Shown: piece by piece, positions 1 through 7,144 of the stretch
How the letters are laid out: each line of letters begins with the position of its first letter
Numbering within the stretch: position 1 is the first letter of the stretch
NCBI GenBank assembly: GCA_036507075.1
Contig: DASXQR010000226.1
Span: 1-23,723, forward strand
Direction of reading: 5' to 3'
DNA from: Acidobacteriota bacterium
Lineage (GTDB): Bacteria > Acidobacteriota > UBA6911 > JACQSX01
DNA: 23,723 nt
Notes under the pieces: generated by a model
Database searches by the model: none
Told to the model about the DNA's origin: nothing
The model's input: the letters and a program-made list of their open reading frames with translations, nothing else
Made by a program: the position numbers and the translations under genes

Positions 1-2
1 TA

Positions 3-72
3 CGCTGAGATTTCGCAGAGGCTGGACTGCAACTCTGCGAGACCTCGGCGATCTCGGCGACTCTGCGGTGAA
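3..72. repeat. Partial 9-mer-type palindromic repeat element (left arm probably cut by the window edge)
   Basis: cgctgaga..tcgcagag faces ctctgcga-gac-ctcggcgat-ctcggcga-ctctgcggtgaa; it has the same (G/C)YGGTGAA terminus as the other 9-mer elements in the window. Confidence 0.6.
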
Positions 73-141
73 AGCACTATGACCAATCGGCAGCCGGCAG
101 ATATAAGCATCCCGCTCTTGCAGGCATGGTTGGGGTTGCAG

Positions 142-400
142 ATCCACCTTAAGTAAGACCAGGTGGTCGGAGTGCTCGGCGTAGGCCCTTTCCAGCCACT
201 TGAGCGCCCGGTCCTTTTCGCCGAGCCGTGCGCAGGTTCGCGCGAAGCTATACGGCGTGACGTAGTTGCCCTTTTGCCGCCCCCACTCTTCCGTCATCTC
301 GAGTTCCTTCCGCCAATAGCCCTTCCAGCCAGCCTCGGCATACGCCTTTTTTCGCGCTTCTATCGTTTCCGGTTTGAACCCGATCACGGCTTGGGCGCGT
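142..400 (-). pseudogene. Remnant of a TPR-rich C-terminal tail (Ser/Thr-kinase/TolB-like/adenylate-cyclase TPR protein type), truncated at both ends
   Basis: Manual minus-strand translation (not in the ORF track): AQAVIGFKPETIEARKKAYAEAGWKGYWRKELEMTEEWGRQKGNYVTPYSFARTCARLGEKDRALKWLERAYAEHSDHLVLLKVD. It aligns by eye with GLGEKEQALAWLEKAYKERDGLLVLLNVD of 1352..1837. Similarity stops after KVD (142), where DSLRSDPRF is expected. No in-frame ATG was seen upstream. Confidence 0.75.
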
Positions 401-464
401 GTAGGCCATAAGGGCTGAGGAGCGCATGGCAGTCGGCAAGCCCGGCATGCACCGGGACTCAAAA

Positions 465-493
465 TTGTATATAGTAGATATACATGATATAAA
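465..493 (+). promoter_or_regulatory. Putative sigma70 promoter of the TA operon overlapped by a palindromic operator
   Basis: TTGTAT(465-470)-17 nt-TATAAA(488-493) with a TGn extension; perfect inverted repeat TGTATAT-agtag-ATATACA (466-484) overlapping the -35 box and spacer, the usual arrangement for RHH antitoxin autorepression. Confidence 0.6.
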
Positions 494-501
494 TAAGGAA
501 A

Positions 502-750
502 ATGACTATCCAGATGATCATTCGCATTGATGAGAAATTAAAAGAGAAGATTACAAGGTTTGCTCGAGCCGAGGGGAAGAGCACCAGCCAAGTCGTCAGG
601 GAAATCATGGAGAGCTACATCCGAGAAAGAGATGTGGGAGCCTACATTGAGGACCTATGGATCCGTGTAGGGAAAAAATTGAAAGCTCGGGGTGTACGCT
701 CAAAAGATATTGGTCCCTTGATTAAAGAAGCGAGAGCCCGGAGGAGATGA
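502..750 (+). CDS. Ribbon-helix-helix (CopG-like) antitoxin
   Basis: 82 aa with an N-terminal beta-strand (QMIIRID) and helices (EKLKEKITRFARAEGKSTSQVVREIMESYI); its stop overlaps the PIN gene start (ATGA). Confidence 0.85.
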   Translation: MTIQMIIRIDEKLKEKITRFARAEGKSTSQVVREIMESYIRERDVGAYIEDLWIRVGKKLKARGVRSKDIGPLIKEARARRR

Positions 751-1151
751 AGGTCGTCGTCGATACCAATGTCTTTGTTTCTTCCTTCTTTGGTGGTAAT
801 CCTCGAAAAATAATCGACCTTTGGAAAGAAGGCCAACTCACGCTTTGCCTGTCCCCGGGTATCCTTGAGGAATATGTTAACGTCCTTCAGCGGATGGGGC
901 TGGAGGAGGAAGAACTGGAAGAAATTCTCGCGCTATTTGCCCGCGGGTGGAATTCTCTGTTTACAGCTAAGACTCCTAAGTTAGAGATTGTTGCAAGCGA
1001 TCCGGGAGACGATAAATTTATCGAATGTGCCGTCGCGCTCAATGCGCGCGTCATTATCAGTGGCGATAAGGCTTTAATCGACATCGGCCACTATATGGGA
1101 ATAAAGTTAGTCACTCCGAAGAAATTCCTGGATGAATACTCTGAACAGTAA
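747..1151 (+). CDS. PIN-domain ribonuclease toxin (VapC-like, PIN_3 type) of a type II TA system
   Basis: MKVVVDTNVFVS, LEEY, DPGDDKFIECA and ISGDKAL PIN acidic motifs; 134 aa; coupled to the upstream RHH gene. Confidence 0.92.
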   Translation: MKVVVDTNVFVSSFFGGNPRKIIDLWKEGQLTLCLSPGILEEYVNVLQRMGLEEEELEEILALFARGWNSLFTAKTPKLEIVASDPGDDKFIECAVALNARVIISGDKALIDIGHYMGIKLVTPKKFLDEYSEQ

Positions 1152-1223
1152 GAGTACCAGTTTGTAAGATCTTTGTTTTTTTTAAGCAGTTTTTCGAACC
1201 GGCCAGTAGGTGCGGTCAAGGAT

Positions 1224-1299
1224 AGTCCGCTTCAGCGGGCTCTCGAGTTTGGACATTTTCTGGCGCAGCGACGCTGCACCAAGCCCGCTGAAGCGGGCT
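1224..1299. repeat. REP-like doublet: two inverted 18-bp hairpin units
   Basis: agtccgcttcagcgggct (1224-1241) and agcccgctgaagcgggct (1282-1299) are reverse complements with 1 mismatch, and each is a hairpin; a further hairpin gcggccttcggccgc lies at 1328-1342. Confidence 0.7.
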
Positions 1300-1351
1300 C
1301 GACGCTGTTCACGCCGAAATTTTGGGTGCGGCCTTCGGCCGCGTTAGGAAC

Positions 1352-1837
1352 TCAAGACGTAAAGCCAACGCGCCGCAACAGGTCTTTGAAGCGCGGGTCT
1401 GAGCGGAGGCTGTCAAGGTGCGCGTCAACATTCAGCAGCACCAGAAGTCCGTCGCGCTCTTTGTAGGCCTTCTCCAGCCAGGCTAAGGCCTGCTCTTTCT
1501 CGCCCAGACCGGAGTGAACATTGGCGATCAGGAACGCCGAGATGTAGCGCTGCTCCAGACAGCGCCCCGTGTAGTAGACGGCAGGCGGGAAATTGGAGTC
1601 GATTTCAAGCGCCTTCCGGAATTCTGCCAGCGCCTCGTCGTAACGGCGCGCGCACAGGTAGGGGTAGCCGAGGCCCGTATTGATGATGAGCGAAAGCGGG
1701 CTGAGTTCGTGCGCCTGCCGGATGTGTCGCAGGCTCTCCGCAGTCCGCCCCCGGAAGACCAGGCGCAAGCTCCCAGGGCAGCGTGAAGGTTTGCGTGCCG
1801 CACAATCAAGGCGATAGCTGTGTGGATGATGGAGCAT
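1352..1837 (-). pseudogene. TPR-repeat C-terminal fragment with no N-terminal domains and an apparent internal in-frame deletion
   Basis: Family-like sequence runs from about 1775: ELSPLSLIINTGLG..ARRYDEALAEFRKALEIDSNF..GRCLEQ joined directly to RYISAFLIANVHSGLGEKEQALAWLEKAY..LDSLRSDPRFKDLLRRVG. The TPR helices normally found between LEQ and (Q)RY[IV]S are absent, and the first ~20 codons look non-coding. Confidence 0.7.
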
Positions 1838-1973
1838 CGGTCGATTCTACGGTGTGTTTACCAAAATAGTGGTGGCCATGAAATCGCGGTATGAGTAAGC
1901 CGTACGCGGCGGCGCATTTTTGTGCCAGTTGGATGGATACCGCAGAAGTAGGGATTCTAACTGAAACATTGAA

Positions 1974-2001
1974 CTTTGTGTCTTCGTGCCTTCGTGGCAA
2001 A
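1974..2001. repeat. Solitary 9-mer repeat arm
   Basis: ctttgtgtcttcgtgccttcgtggcaaa; 1978-2001 is identical over 24 nt to 18579-18602. Confidence 0.75.
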
Positions 2002-2005
2002 TTGT

Positions 2006-2677
2006 TCAGCCCTGGATTGGCTGCAAGCGGCCGTCGACCAGCTCCAGCCGTGCCGGAAAGCGTGCCGCCAGGTCTGGATTATGGGTTACGACAAGAAGGA
2101 TGGTTTCGCGCTGTTTGTGGATTTCGACCAGCAGATCGGCGATTGATTCTGCCGCGCTGCGGTCCAGATTACCGGTGGGCTCATCACATAGCACTATCAA
2201 CGGCGACTGGATCAGGGCCCGTGCCAGCGCCACCCGCTGCTTTTCACCGCCCGACAGCGCGCCCGGGCGGTGATCGACTCGATTTGAAAGCCCCACCCTA
2301 TCCAAGAGCTTGCGCGCTTTGTTTACCTTGTCGGCATCGGGCGGTCCGACGAACGTTGGAATTAACACATTCTCCAAGGCGGAGCACTGGGGCAGCAGGC
2401 AGTGGTCCTGAAACACAAAGCCGATCTTTTCGTTTCGAAATTTCGCCAACTGATCCGCCGTCAATTCAAAAGGGTTATGCCCGTCGACGGTGACAATGCC
2501 GCTGGTAGGCGGCTCAAGCGCGCCCAAGATATAGATGAGCGTGCTCTTGCCGCTGCCTGAGGGACCCATGATGGCGACCGCGTCACCTCGTCTCAAATCA
2601 AGGGAAACGCCGTTCAGAATCTGAAGCGGGCCCGCCGGCGTGGGGTATTCTTTGCAGAGCCCCTCAGCTTTGAGCAT
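2006..2677 (-). CDS. ABC transporter ATP-binding protein (LolD/SalX/MacB-type)
   Basis: Walker A GPSGSGKS, IGFVFQ Q-loop, LSGGEKQR signature, Walker B/D-loop LCDEPTGNLD, H-loop VVTH. Confidence 0.95.
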   Translation of the reverse strand: MLKAEGLCKEYPTPAGPLQILNGVSLDLRRGDAVAIMGPSGSGKSTLIYILGALEPPTSGIVTVDGHNPFELTADQLAKFRNEKIGFVFQDHCLLPQCSALENVLIPTFVGPPDADKVNKARKLLDRVGLSNRVDHRPGALSGGEKQRVALARALIQSPLIVLCDEPTGNLDRSAAESIADLLVEIHKQRETILLVVTHNPDLAARFPARLELVDGRLQPIQG

Positions 2678-2697
2678 AAATTCTAAGTTGTGCGGTC

Positions 2698-2856
2698 CGA
2701 GTTGCGTGTTGCGAGTTTACGGGTTTCGGGTTCCGAGTTGAGTTGGCTTGGTGCCTTGGTGGTTCAAAAGAATCAACCACCAAGGCACCAAGCCAGCTCA
2801 ACTTGCAGCTCATAACTCATGGCACCCTTGCAACTCGTTGTAACTTGTAACTCGCA
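2698..2856. repeat. Nested palindromic element: 7-mer (CGAGTTG/CAACTCG) arms around a 9-mer hairpin
   Basis: 29-bp stem 2736-2764 with 2775-2803 (agttgagttggcttggtgccttggtggtt / aaccaccaaggcaccaagccagctcaact, one G-T pair), flanked by degenerate heptamer runs in opposite orientations. Confidence 0.85.
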
Positions 2857-2864
2857 GATCGCTT

Positions 2865-4151
2865 TTAGCCGACCAAGCCCTCGTAAACCCGCAGCGTTTC
2901 GTCTGCCATCCGCTTTACGCTGTAGTGGCGGCGAACCCCGATGGCCCCGCGCAGGCCCAACTCCCGCGCCAGGCTGCGATCATTCCACAGATCACGAATT
3001 GCTTTAGCGAGCGCCTCCGGGTTGTCCGGCTCCACCAGCAAACCGCCGCCGGTTGTTTCAATGATCTCGGTAAACGCGCCGCGCCGGGGCTGAACCACCG
3101 GCGTGCCATTGGCCATCGACTCGAGGAGAAACATTCCCTTGGGCTCGTTGTACGTGGCCGGCACGGAGAGTACGTCCAGGCTTTGAAGAAATCTGATTTT
3201 TTCATTCCGATCGACGACCCCCAGATACGAAAATTCACCCGCCAGACCCCAGGCTTCCATTTTCTTTTTGATCTCGCTCAGGTAGGGCCGATGTTCGCGT
3301 CCCAGATAACCGGCCACTCGGAGTTGTCCTTTCAAGGATTGAGTTCGCCCGCGCACCAGGCGGTACGCCTCGCAAAGCAGGTGGAGTCCCTTTTCTGGAG
3401 CGACGCGTGCAAAGTACCCGATCGTGAAAGTATCATTCGGATAATCATTCTTTGGCTGATAGCCTTCCAGGTTGATCCCCAAAGGAACCACCGCCATTTT
3501 TTCGTCCGGCACCTGCAGGTAAGAACTCATGAATTCGGCGTAAAAGTGGCTCACGGGCGTAAAAACATCCACAAAAGTCGTATTTGCACGGATCAGCTCC
3601 AGCGCGCGATCACGATAGGTCGGATGTAATCCTTCCAGGAACAGATCCTCGCCTTGAAGCGTGCAGCAGACCGGCCGGTCAAGCGCTTCCCGCAGCGGTC
3701 GCGCCAGGCCGATCAGCAGGGAATTGGGAAGGTTGACGACGTCGGGCAGCGGCTGGCCTTGCAGCCAGTCGATCAGCTTCCGGATTTCCTTATGTTGATA
3801 ACCCTTGTCACCTCGAAGCATGGAGACGGTGAGTTCCCCCAGTTGTCGCGGGTTTGTTCGGATAGCCACGCGCGAAATGAGTTTCAGAAGCGCCGTGGAA
3901 TCCCACAGCCTGTCCAGCAGACGCGGTGTCTTTCGAAACAGAGACCAATTCTGCTCGAAATAAACGCTGATGCCGCCGAAGAAAATGTGGTGGTGGCTTA
4001 CGTTGGGCTCGTCGGTGCGCGTTGGCGTGTAAAGGGGAAGAAGGATCACCTCGTGCCCGCGCGACATTAATTCCGCAGCCAGCGCGTTGTCGCGGAAGCA
4101 GCTTCCACAATACATCCCGGCTGCGCCTGCAGTAATGGACAGGATCTTCAA
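2865..4151 (-). CDS. Glycosyltransferase family 4 (GT-B fold) with an N-terminal MYCGSC motif
   Basis: YFARVAPEKGLHLL and EPKGMFLLESMANGTPVV (E-x7-E) GT4 motifs; TTG start. Confidence 0.92.
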   Translation of the reverse strand: MKILSITAGAAGMYCGSCFRDNALAAELMSRGHEVILLPLYTPTRTDEPNVSHHHIFFGGISVYFEQNWSLFRKTPRLLDRLWDSTALLKLISRVAIRTNPRQLGELTVSMLRGDKGYQHKEIRKLIDWLQGQPLPDVVNLPNSLLIGLARPLREALDRPVCCTLQGEDLFLEGLHPTYRDRALELIRANTTFVDVFTPVSHFYAEFMSSYLQVPDEKMAVVPLGINLEGYQPKNDYPNDTFTIGYFARVAPEKGLHLLCEAYRLVRGRTQSLKGQLRVAGYLGREHRPYLSEIKKKMEAWGLAGEFSYLGVVDRNEKIRFLQSLDVLSVPATYNEPKGMFLLESMANGTPVVQPRRGAFTEIIETTGGGLLVEPDNPEALAKAIRDLWNDRSLARELGLRGAIGVRRHYSVKRMADETLRVYEGLVG

Positions 4152-4174
4152 GTCAAGTCACGGTGTGTGAAGCA

Positions 4175-4283
4175 TATTTGTGTTCTTTGTGTCTTTGTGA
4201 TTACTTGTTTCTTAACCACAAAGACACAAAGGACACAAAGTATTTATTCCGCATTCCGCATTCATCATTCCGCCTTCCGCATT
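4175..4283. repeat. Back-to-back 9-mer hairpin plus an ATTCCGC heptamer run
   Basis: tttgtgttctttgtgtctttgtgatta pairs with taaccacaaagacacaaaggacacaaa (about 4175-4242); ATTCCGC-like units follow at 4246-4283. Confidence 0.85.
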
Positions 4284-5374
4284 CAATAGACCCCTTCCAC
4301 AACGGTGGATTGAAATTTCGAAAACGGTCTTACATTTCTGACGCCATCCCAGGGATAAAGTTCGCAGGGCGGCTCTCGCTCCGCTTCGTCCCGCTCCAGA
4401 AAACGCGGCATGAAGAACTCGCGCGTCAGCGTCGTTAATCGGACTCTGCCGGTTTCGCCGTAATGAACGACTCGATCCGGCTGATCGGGATCGACAATCT
4501 CGATCATGGCCCGCGGCGACGGCGGATAATAAATGACGGCGTAGTTGTCTTCCGGCGCCAGCGGTTTGTGCGCGGCCAGGCCCATCAGCGTGTTTCCGTA
4601 GGTAGGGGCAAAGTAGGTTCCTTCCAGCAGCTCTTCCACGGCAAAACGATAGAACTGCGGCGTCATTTCAGTTCCGCCGCAGAACACTCCCGTGATACCG
4701 GCCTTTTTCAGTGAAATCTTTTCGCAGAGAGCCTCCAGAAGTTTTGGCGTGGTGAAAAGACAGCGGATATTGTCGTGTGCTCGAAGCAGCGTGAGCGCCT
4801 GCTCGATGACGTGCTGCTTGTACTTTTCCGCCATTTCGAACTGGCGCATCTTGAGCAGTTTGATTATCCAGCGCGGATCCAGATCGAGCATGAAGCAGAT
4901 GCCGCCGCGATGCTGCGCCAGATGTTCCACGGCGAGTCGCAATCGTCGCGGGCCGGTTGGTCCCAGGGAGAGCCAATCCGATCCCTTGGGAAAATACTGA
5001 TCGGGAAGGGTTGCGCTGAAAGTCTCGTAGTCTGTGCGAAAGTCGTCGATGTTGATTCTTGACTTGGGGATCCCGGTACTGCCGCCGGTTTCAAAGATCA
5101 CAGCCGGGCGATTCGCGTAGGCTCTGGGAATCCAGCGGCTTACCGGCCCGCCGCGCAGCCATTCGTCCTGAAAAAAACCGAAGCGGCGAAGGTGGTCATA
5201 ACCCTGGATTTCCCGGCGGGGATCCCAGTCGATCCTTTTTGCATAATCGAGCCAGAAGGGACAACCGGTGGCCGGATCAAAATGCCAGCTCACAATTTCC
5301 CGCACCCAGGAATCCAGCGACTCCCGTGCAGATCGTACCCTTGTGTCTAAACGGCTTTCCTCTACAAGGCTCAT
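4283..5374 (-). CDS. EhpF/GriC-like adenylate-forming (ANL superfamily) enzyme
   Basis: WHFDPATGCPFWL, P-loop FETGGSTGIPK, GPTGP, LDLDPRW, TTP, GGTE, YGNT, ERD and C-terminal VVEGVY match the motif order I recall for Pantoea phenazine protein EhpF (WHF..TGSPFWL, ESGGTTGAPK, DIDPRW, VIEGVY); 363 aa with no small C-terminal ANL domain. Confidence 0.85.
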   Translation of the reverse strand: MSLVEESRLDTRVRSARESLDSWVREIVSWHFDPATGCPFWLDYAKRIDWDPRREIQGYDHLRRFGFFQDEWLRGGPVSRWIPRAYANRPAVIFETGGSTGIPKSRINIDDFRTDYETFSATLPDQYFPKGSDWLSLGPTGPRRLRLAVEHLAQHRGGICFMLDLDPRWIIKLLKMRQFEMAEKYKQHVIEQALTLLRAHDNIRCLFTTPKLLEALCEKISLKKAGITGVFCGGTEMTPQFYRFAVEELLEGTYFAPTYGNTLMGLAAHKPLAPEDNYAVIYYPPSPRAMIEIVDPDQPDRVVHYGETGRVRLTTLTREFFMPRFLERDEAEREPPCELYPWDGVRNVRPFSKFQSTVVEGVY

Positions 5375-5376
5375 CG

Positions 5377-5406
5377 CGAAAGTCGAAAGTCGAAGGTCGA
5401 AGGTCT
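5377..5406. repeat. TCGAA(A/G)G heptamer run next to the start codon of the EhpF-like gene
   Basis: cgaaagtcgaaagtcgaaggtcgaaggtc; reverse-orientation copies lie at 5872-5898 (gactttcgaccttggacattcgac). Confidence 0.75.
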
Positions 5407-5436
5407 GAGTGCCGGTAACATAACCATCGCCGTTGA

Positions 5437-5466
5437 ATTGTGGCGACGGGAAGGGAGAGGTGTCAA
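5437..5466 (-). promoter_or_regulatory. Candidate sigma70 promoter for the EhpF-like/GT4/ABC operon
   Basis: Minus strand TTGACA (5466-5461), 18 nt, CACAAT (5442-5437), about 60 nt upstream of the ATG at 5374. Confidence 0.45.
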
Positions 5467-5494
5467 GTTTTCACAAAGTCTGGATTTCTGAAAA

Positions 5495-5880
5495 TCGAAA
5501 GTCGCAAAGATTCACTACAGAGGCACAGCCCGGCCATAGGCCGCAACCAAGAAACCGGCCACGAACACGGCAACGACCACGTCTCAAGTTCACGAGCACG
5601 ATCACGTCAACCTCCACGCCCTGCGTTCACGAGAACGGCGACGTCCACGTCACCGGCCCGCGATCGCGAAAAAATAGTCAATTTCAATTCTCTGCAGCCT
5701 ACGCCAACACCGGTCAGGATTGTAGACGTAATCGTAGACGTGGTCATGCTCGTGGACGTGGGACGTTGACGTGCGCGCGCTCGTGAACGTGAGACGTGGT
5801 CGTTGCCGTGGACGTGGCTGGTTTCTTGTTGCGGCCTGCGGCCGGGCTGCGCCTCTGTGGTGAATCCTTTTGACTTTCGA
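5495..5880. repeat. 386-bp composite palindrome with ~120-bp imperfect inverted arms
   Basis: Left arm 5495-5617 (tcgaaagtc..attcactacagaggcacagcccggccataggccgcaaccaagaaaccggccacgaacacggcaacgaccacgtctcaagttcacgagc..) is the near reverse complement of 5757-5880; the interior has CACGNN/NNCGTG hexamer runs. Confidence 0.9.
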
Positions 5881-5905
5881 CCTTGGACATTCGACTTTTC
5901 AATTG

Positions 5906-6988
5906 TCAGTTGAGTCGAGTGAGGCTAAAGGTTCCGGTGGTGGTCAGATTATTTGCAAGAAGCGTGGTGACGTAGGAGCCGCTGAAGGCGTTGTTCGTGA
6001 ACGTGAAGTTGAGGAATCGGGCGTATACGATCGCTTCCTGTTCCTGAAAGGTCCTTCCTCTTCCATAGAAGGAAAGACGCAGCGCTCCCGAAACCAGCCG
6101 GCCGTACACAAGATAAGTTTCAGGATCGATGGATTGTCCTCCCGACTCGGTAATCCGCAGATATCCTTTAACGAAATTGCCTTCACTCCAAATACTTAGT
6201 TCGCCCCGCGACACCTTTCCGTCTACTCCGCTCAGAGTGGCTGAGTAAGTTCGGGGTGATGGAACAATTGGCAGTGAAGAAAGTTGCCCCTGCACCAGTG
6301 TCAGGGCTGTTCCGATGATGGGAACATCGGAAGAGATTTCGATCTTCCCCCGGCCGATCGTTACCGGAAATATTTCCCGCAAAAAGCGGGCCTTATGCCA
6401 GAAATACCCGAGGTTGTCATCGATCCTGCTTATTTCGTTGCCGCTCTCATTAAGGAGAGTCAACCGCACGATGGCGGTTCGCTTGTCCAGATCCAGATTC
6501 GCCAGGGCCAGAGCAATGGTGGTGAAATCCTCGAAGGGAATGGAGGTCAAAAAGAATTCGGATGATGGCGAAACTCCCACGCTGTCGACGACGGTGGCGC
6601 CCGACTGCAGGAAATAGGTCAGATTGCCTTCAACGAAGTTGGACCCCAGGTCTGCCGCGATAAGATAGGCATAACCGGCCTCGGTGACCGGACCTGTGAC
6701 GGTGTAGGTAACCGTCGCTCCCGGCTGCAGGTTGACCGTCAGTTTCCCGTCCGTGGTCAACTGTCCGTTGACGACGACGTTCCAGATCTCTCCCTGGTTC
6801 TTGTTGAAATATAAAGTGCCGTTGTATGCGGTTCTGCCGCGGTTGGTAACATTAATTACAGTGCGGTAGTCACCGATCGCAACCTGAGCAAAGGACAGGT
6901 CCTTGTGGGGCAGCAGGCTCTGCGACCAGAGCGGCGCGCCGGAAAGGACGGCCGCAAGGACAAGCGGGATCAATCGCAATTTTCTCAT
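5906..6988 (-). CDS. Secreted, beta-rich hypothetical protein
   Basis: Sec signal MRKLRLIPLVLAAVLSGAPLWS|Q; T/V/G-rich alternating beta-strand pattern; no catalytic motif recognised. Confidence 0.85.
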   Translation of the reverse strand: MRKLRLIPLVLAAVLSGAPLWSQSLLPHKDLSFAQVAIGDYRTVINVTNRGRTAYNGTLYFNKNQGEIWNVVVNGQLTTDGKLTVNLQPGATVTYTVTGPVTEAGYAYLIAADLGSNFVEGNLTYFLQSGATVVDSVGVSPSSEFFLTSIPFEDFTTIALALANLDLDKRTAIVRLTLLNESGNEISRIDDNLGYFWHKARFLREIFPVTIGRGKIEISSDVPIIGTALTLVQGQLSSLPIVPSPRTYSATLSGVDGKVSRGELSIWSEGNFVKGYLRITESGGQSIDPETYLVYGRLVSGALRLSFYGRGRTFQEQEAIVYARFLNFTFTNNAFSGSYVTTLLANNLTTTGTFSLTRLN

Positions 6989-7035
6989 AGACCCGCTAGT
7001 TTGGACTCATTTACGCCCGTGAAGGTTCAGTAAGA

Positions 7036-7136
7036 CTTGGTGCCTTGGTGTCTTGGTGGTTAAAAACGCTCTCAACCACAAAGACACCAAGACACGAATC
7101 TCTCCAACCCGTAACCCGCCAACCCGTAACCCGCAA
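7036..7136. repeat. Back-to-back 9-mer hairpin plus an AACCCG(T/C) heptamer run
   Basis: cttggtgccttggtgtcttggtggtt (7036-7061) pairs with aaccacaaagacaccaagacacgaa (7074-7098); caacccgtaacccgccaacccgtaacccgc lies at 7105-7134. Confidence 0.85.
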
Positions 7137-7144
7137 AACCGATA

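Noticed and set aside
163..448. ORFs 163..411 (+) and 248..448 (-)
   Set aside because: The recognisable TPR-tail signal lies in a different minus-strand frame.
1190..1350. Possible integron attC site after the TA module (GTTAGGA at about 1343)
   Set aside because: No matching inverse core RYYYAAC or L-box bulged structure, and no integrase or cassette array.
4283..5374. Calling the region a phenazine biosynthetic cluster
   Set aside because: Only the EhpF-like gene is present; there are no phzA/B, D, E, F or G homologs in the window.
5433..5786. ORFs 5433..5786 and 5440..5769 (and similarly 11959..12247)
   Set aside because: Low-complexity reads through hexamer palindromes with no RBS or protein motif.
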